Below are positions 60,471 through 64,000 of a stretch of 64,000 bases of DNA, one piece after another. The notes below the pieces were generated by a model. It was not told the origin of the DNA. It made no database searches and saw only the letters and a list, made by a program, of their open reading frames with translations. The stretch comes from Botryllus schlosseri (Eukaryota): contig CM119378.1 in assembly GCA_051294905.1 (NCBI GenBank), positions 14,260,001 to 14,324,000 of the forward strand. Direction: 5' to 3'. Made by a program: the position numbers and the translations under genes. Each line of letters opens with the position of its first letter. Within the stretch, counting starts at the first letter, position 1.

Positions 60471-63400
60471 AATCTCGCTGTAAACAAACAAACGGCATGT
60501 CCAAATGCACGCGCACACTTCGGACAATGCGTTCATTATTTCATCATTTCATAAGCGATAACACGGCATAACACAAAACCGCGCCGATAGAACAATATTG
60601 TATTGTTTCGCTTCGCATTCGGGGTGACGAGATAGCGGCGGAAAACGCAGTCAACACAAAATGTCGCAGCGAATAAGGAAGATCGGCATGGCATTCAGTG
60701 CGGGCATCAGACGAGCCATCTGATTACTCAAAAACAACTGCCTTGCGGTTGAACATAAATTAAAACAGCGATACGGCGTATGCATGTTTGTGTGTACATG
60801 TGCTGTACAATGCACATGGGTTGCATATGTCAACGACCTCGACAGCATAACATGATGGCCTGAAAATGACCTTGACTTTTTGGTATATGATGCGACTTGG
60901 CCACTTTCGGTAAGACTCTCAAGTAATCGGGACAAACAAGCGGACATATCATCCGAGTGCATCGTAAAAACACTACCTGGACAACTTATAACGCAAGGCA
61001 TGATCGACAAATGACATGAATGGTTATTTCTCAACATTACAATATATTACGATTTCAGCCATCGCAGACCGAAACCACCTTCTCACACAACCTACTTGAG
61101 TACTCCGAGTTCGTTACTGACCACCACCGTGTCCGAGCCGAGTCGCGTATTTTGAATCTGTATTTTCGACAGGTCAATTCTTACCAGGTCCCGTATCATC
61201 GCAGTCGGACGGGGTTCTGACACGTGTATGACGTCATATTCATCACGTCCCCAACTCGTTGATCATTGCTAATTTTCGAAGTCAGCTGTATGCTATTTTT
61301 TGGGAATACTGCTGACTGTTTTTTTAAAGAAATCGTAATTAGAACACGGTCCGCCTAGGTGTCGAATTACCGCAGTTATCGAATCAGGGCCGGGTTCGGG
61401 GAATGCGCTTCGAACAAGTTATATCCCGCATCCATACGGCAGGCCGTTTCGTTTTCCGCTACGCAACCAAGAGAATGTAACCGATATAGCCAATAAGTTC
61501 GATGGAAACCCTCCACTTGAGCGCATCCTTATCGAAGGTTAAGTGGGATGAAAATACGATGCAACGCAGCTCAAGTACACGCGCTAATTCGTCGATTCGC
61601 GTAACATGTAGTACGGAACTCCGGCTTACATTTCTCCCTAAGAACACAAAGTCCAAAACAAGCCCGTTTCGCAATGCCTTAAGAGGCCACCAGGCACGCA
61701 CGACCTCATAATTTTCGCGAAACAAGCCTAATGAAACTTGATAGCACGTAACGGAACGTAGATTCAAGTAGCTAAAACAGCCAAAACAGGCCAACGCTGG
61801 CCTCGTCAAGTGTAATAACATAATCGGAAAGCATTACAAATTGAAGCAGTGTTCCAAAAACAGCGTCGCACAATGCACACATACCGCGGTGAATATTATA
61901 TCTGATAAGGACGAAACATAATACTAATGGCAGGTATAGAAATACCTTCACAGTTATGGTGCGTATCTTCGGCCCATTATCGACCGTATTCGCAAATCAA
62001 ATCGCAACGCAAAATAGCGGAAACGCCGTAAAATTGTCATTGCGGCAGAGGCGACAATGTCGCACCCTTTATCAGAAATCTCGTGCGTAATAACGAGGAG
62101 GTATATTGCGAGACAAACAATGGTAATAAGTAGTGCGAACGCTATAATAGATTTTTGGCAATAAACTGATATTTTCTGCCCTTATGAAAACGTGACATAT
62201 TTCAAGTACAGCTTATAATTAGTGATGGTAATTTGAAAAATACATTCCATATCAACTTGATATCTTCACAATAACACCAGTACAGGAGAAAAAAGAAGAG
62301 CCTACGTTGGATGGTAGGTGGAAAAACACAACTTTCATAAATAAGTGAACCCCCGTGGCCTTCATATATCAGTCCCGAACTGAAAACAGTGAATAATTTC
62401 TACACATCAATCGAAAGCACCACATTGCCATAGTCAGATTGACAGATCAGTACACTGTAGTTTTATAACATACAGTTGTACTGTACATTCAACATGGGCT
62501 TGCATGGACCCCTTAAAACTAGTCCACGGCCCCAGGTTAATAATCCCGGCCTTGAAAGTTTAAACAGCGGGACAGCATGATGTCAACGAAGCAATGCTTT
62601 GGCTTATCGGGAGCTCCCGTGGCAGTAGCCTCAAATCAGCCTCCATAATTACCGAGTCTGTGCTGGCCTGACAGACCTTCGCATAATGGTTCATAGCGAT
62701 GGAGCGATAGAATCCAAAGGTTACAGTAGCAACAACTTGCGATGCATAGGGCAAGGGATGCAAGACATCAATGATGATCTGCGACCACGGTAGAGGATGT
62801 GATGACGTCATAATCATGGCCGATACCGATATTTTCACGAAGGCAGATATGGGCGCCGATATATATTTTGGGCTATTGTAATAAGCGTAGCGCGATTCGG
62901 AATTTCATAATAGCCAGAAAATTGCTGCGACCGATACCGCGAAGCGTTCCCACATCAAAAGAAGCCGCGAAATCTCCACAACCAATAAGAATGCAAAGCC
63001 GAGCAGAGCAGCGCAGTATCATAACGCTTCATCATACTTTGTTAAGGCATTTCGACGAAAACACACGACCTATCTTGATCATTATTGCTTCGATAATAAA
63101 CAGACCGCGAAAATAAAGCGCGGTGCTGGTACCTGTGTTACGGCGTCTCGTAAAGTACAACCACAACCATCTTCAATGTCTGTGGTATCGTGAATGATTT
63201 AAAGACGACCAGAATAGACGGGCGCAAAGCCCTGGCACGAAGGAAAACACGTTCGCGTGTATGAAAAAACCTGGTGATAAAAACCAGAGCCGACATACCT
63301 CACGTTCTAATATGGGAGACAATGACCCTGTATAGTTCGGTACTGCTGCCTCATAGCTTGGTATAATATGAACACTGAACAGTGAACACACAAAGACTGT

Positions 63401-64000
63401 AACGTAACACTGTAAACGAAAATCTTGTATCTTGCCGATTTTCACTCTAGCGTAGGGTGTAAATCAGGTCAACGGCACAGCCAAGTACCAAATTGTGCTT
63501 CCACGTCCTTACAATGTGAAAATGAGTGATATGCACATATTCTTATGGGGATATATCCAAGGGGTGTAATGGATTACGTTTTTAAGCACCACCCCAAGAA
63601 ATCCCGAAAAGGCGGTGCCCGTAAACAGGCCGCACTAAAGCCCTAGGATATATCTCCATAAGGGTTGGTGTATTAGATCCGTTTTAAGTCCATCGGAACG
63701 GGTACGAAAGTACAATTTGGGACCGAAAAGTGCTGTTTACGGGATTTATACCCCACTCCACGTTATAGTGGAAATCTTATGAATACACCTATCTTCTACC
63801 CGTGTGCTTGCCCGCGCGCATATGAAGTGGCACGAAATTCATTCTATGAATATTGCATACAGTGAGGCACAAAAATGCCTCGGTTAATGACATCGCTTCA
63901 AGTGTTGAGCCTACTTGGGCTTCAATGTTGATGACCATTACAAGATTACAAAGCATGTAACAATAGACAAATAACCATCATACATGATCAAAACTTTATA

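Overview
Eukaryotic (animal) genomic DNA with GT-AG introns and a dense load of small DNA transposons. It looks like an invertebrate deuterostome such as an ascidian, but the taxon cannot be proven from the sequence. There are three protein-coding loci. (1) An uninterrupted 2.7-kb + strand ORF (1970-4690) encodes two CCCH zinc fingers, OB-like segments and a HELZ2-type RNB (RNase II) region whose catalytic motifs are degenerate; it stops just before the helicase domain would begin. (2) A complete 18-coding-exon POLR3B (RNA polymerase III subunit RPC2, 1129 aa) lies on the - strand (20142-6780). (3) Fifteen phase-consistent exons of a cytospin/SPECC1L-like coiled-coil + CH-domain gene lie on the - strand (34257-25588); its 5' exons are unresolved and probably lie in 34.3-64 kb or beyond the window. 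Introns and intergenic DNA hold 5'-truncated L2/CR1-type LINE ends, many hAT-type elements with verifiable TIRs and 8-bp TSDs (often nested), relics of hATm-like and Charlie-like transposases, one element with a 5-bp TSD, and TA-flanked MITEs. I found no rRNA, tRNA or CRISPR array. All homology calls come from recalled motif alignments, not database searches.
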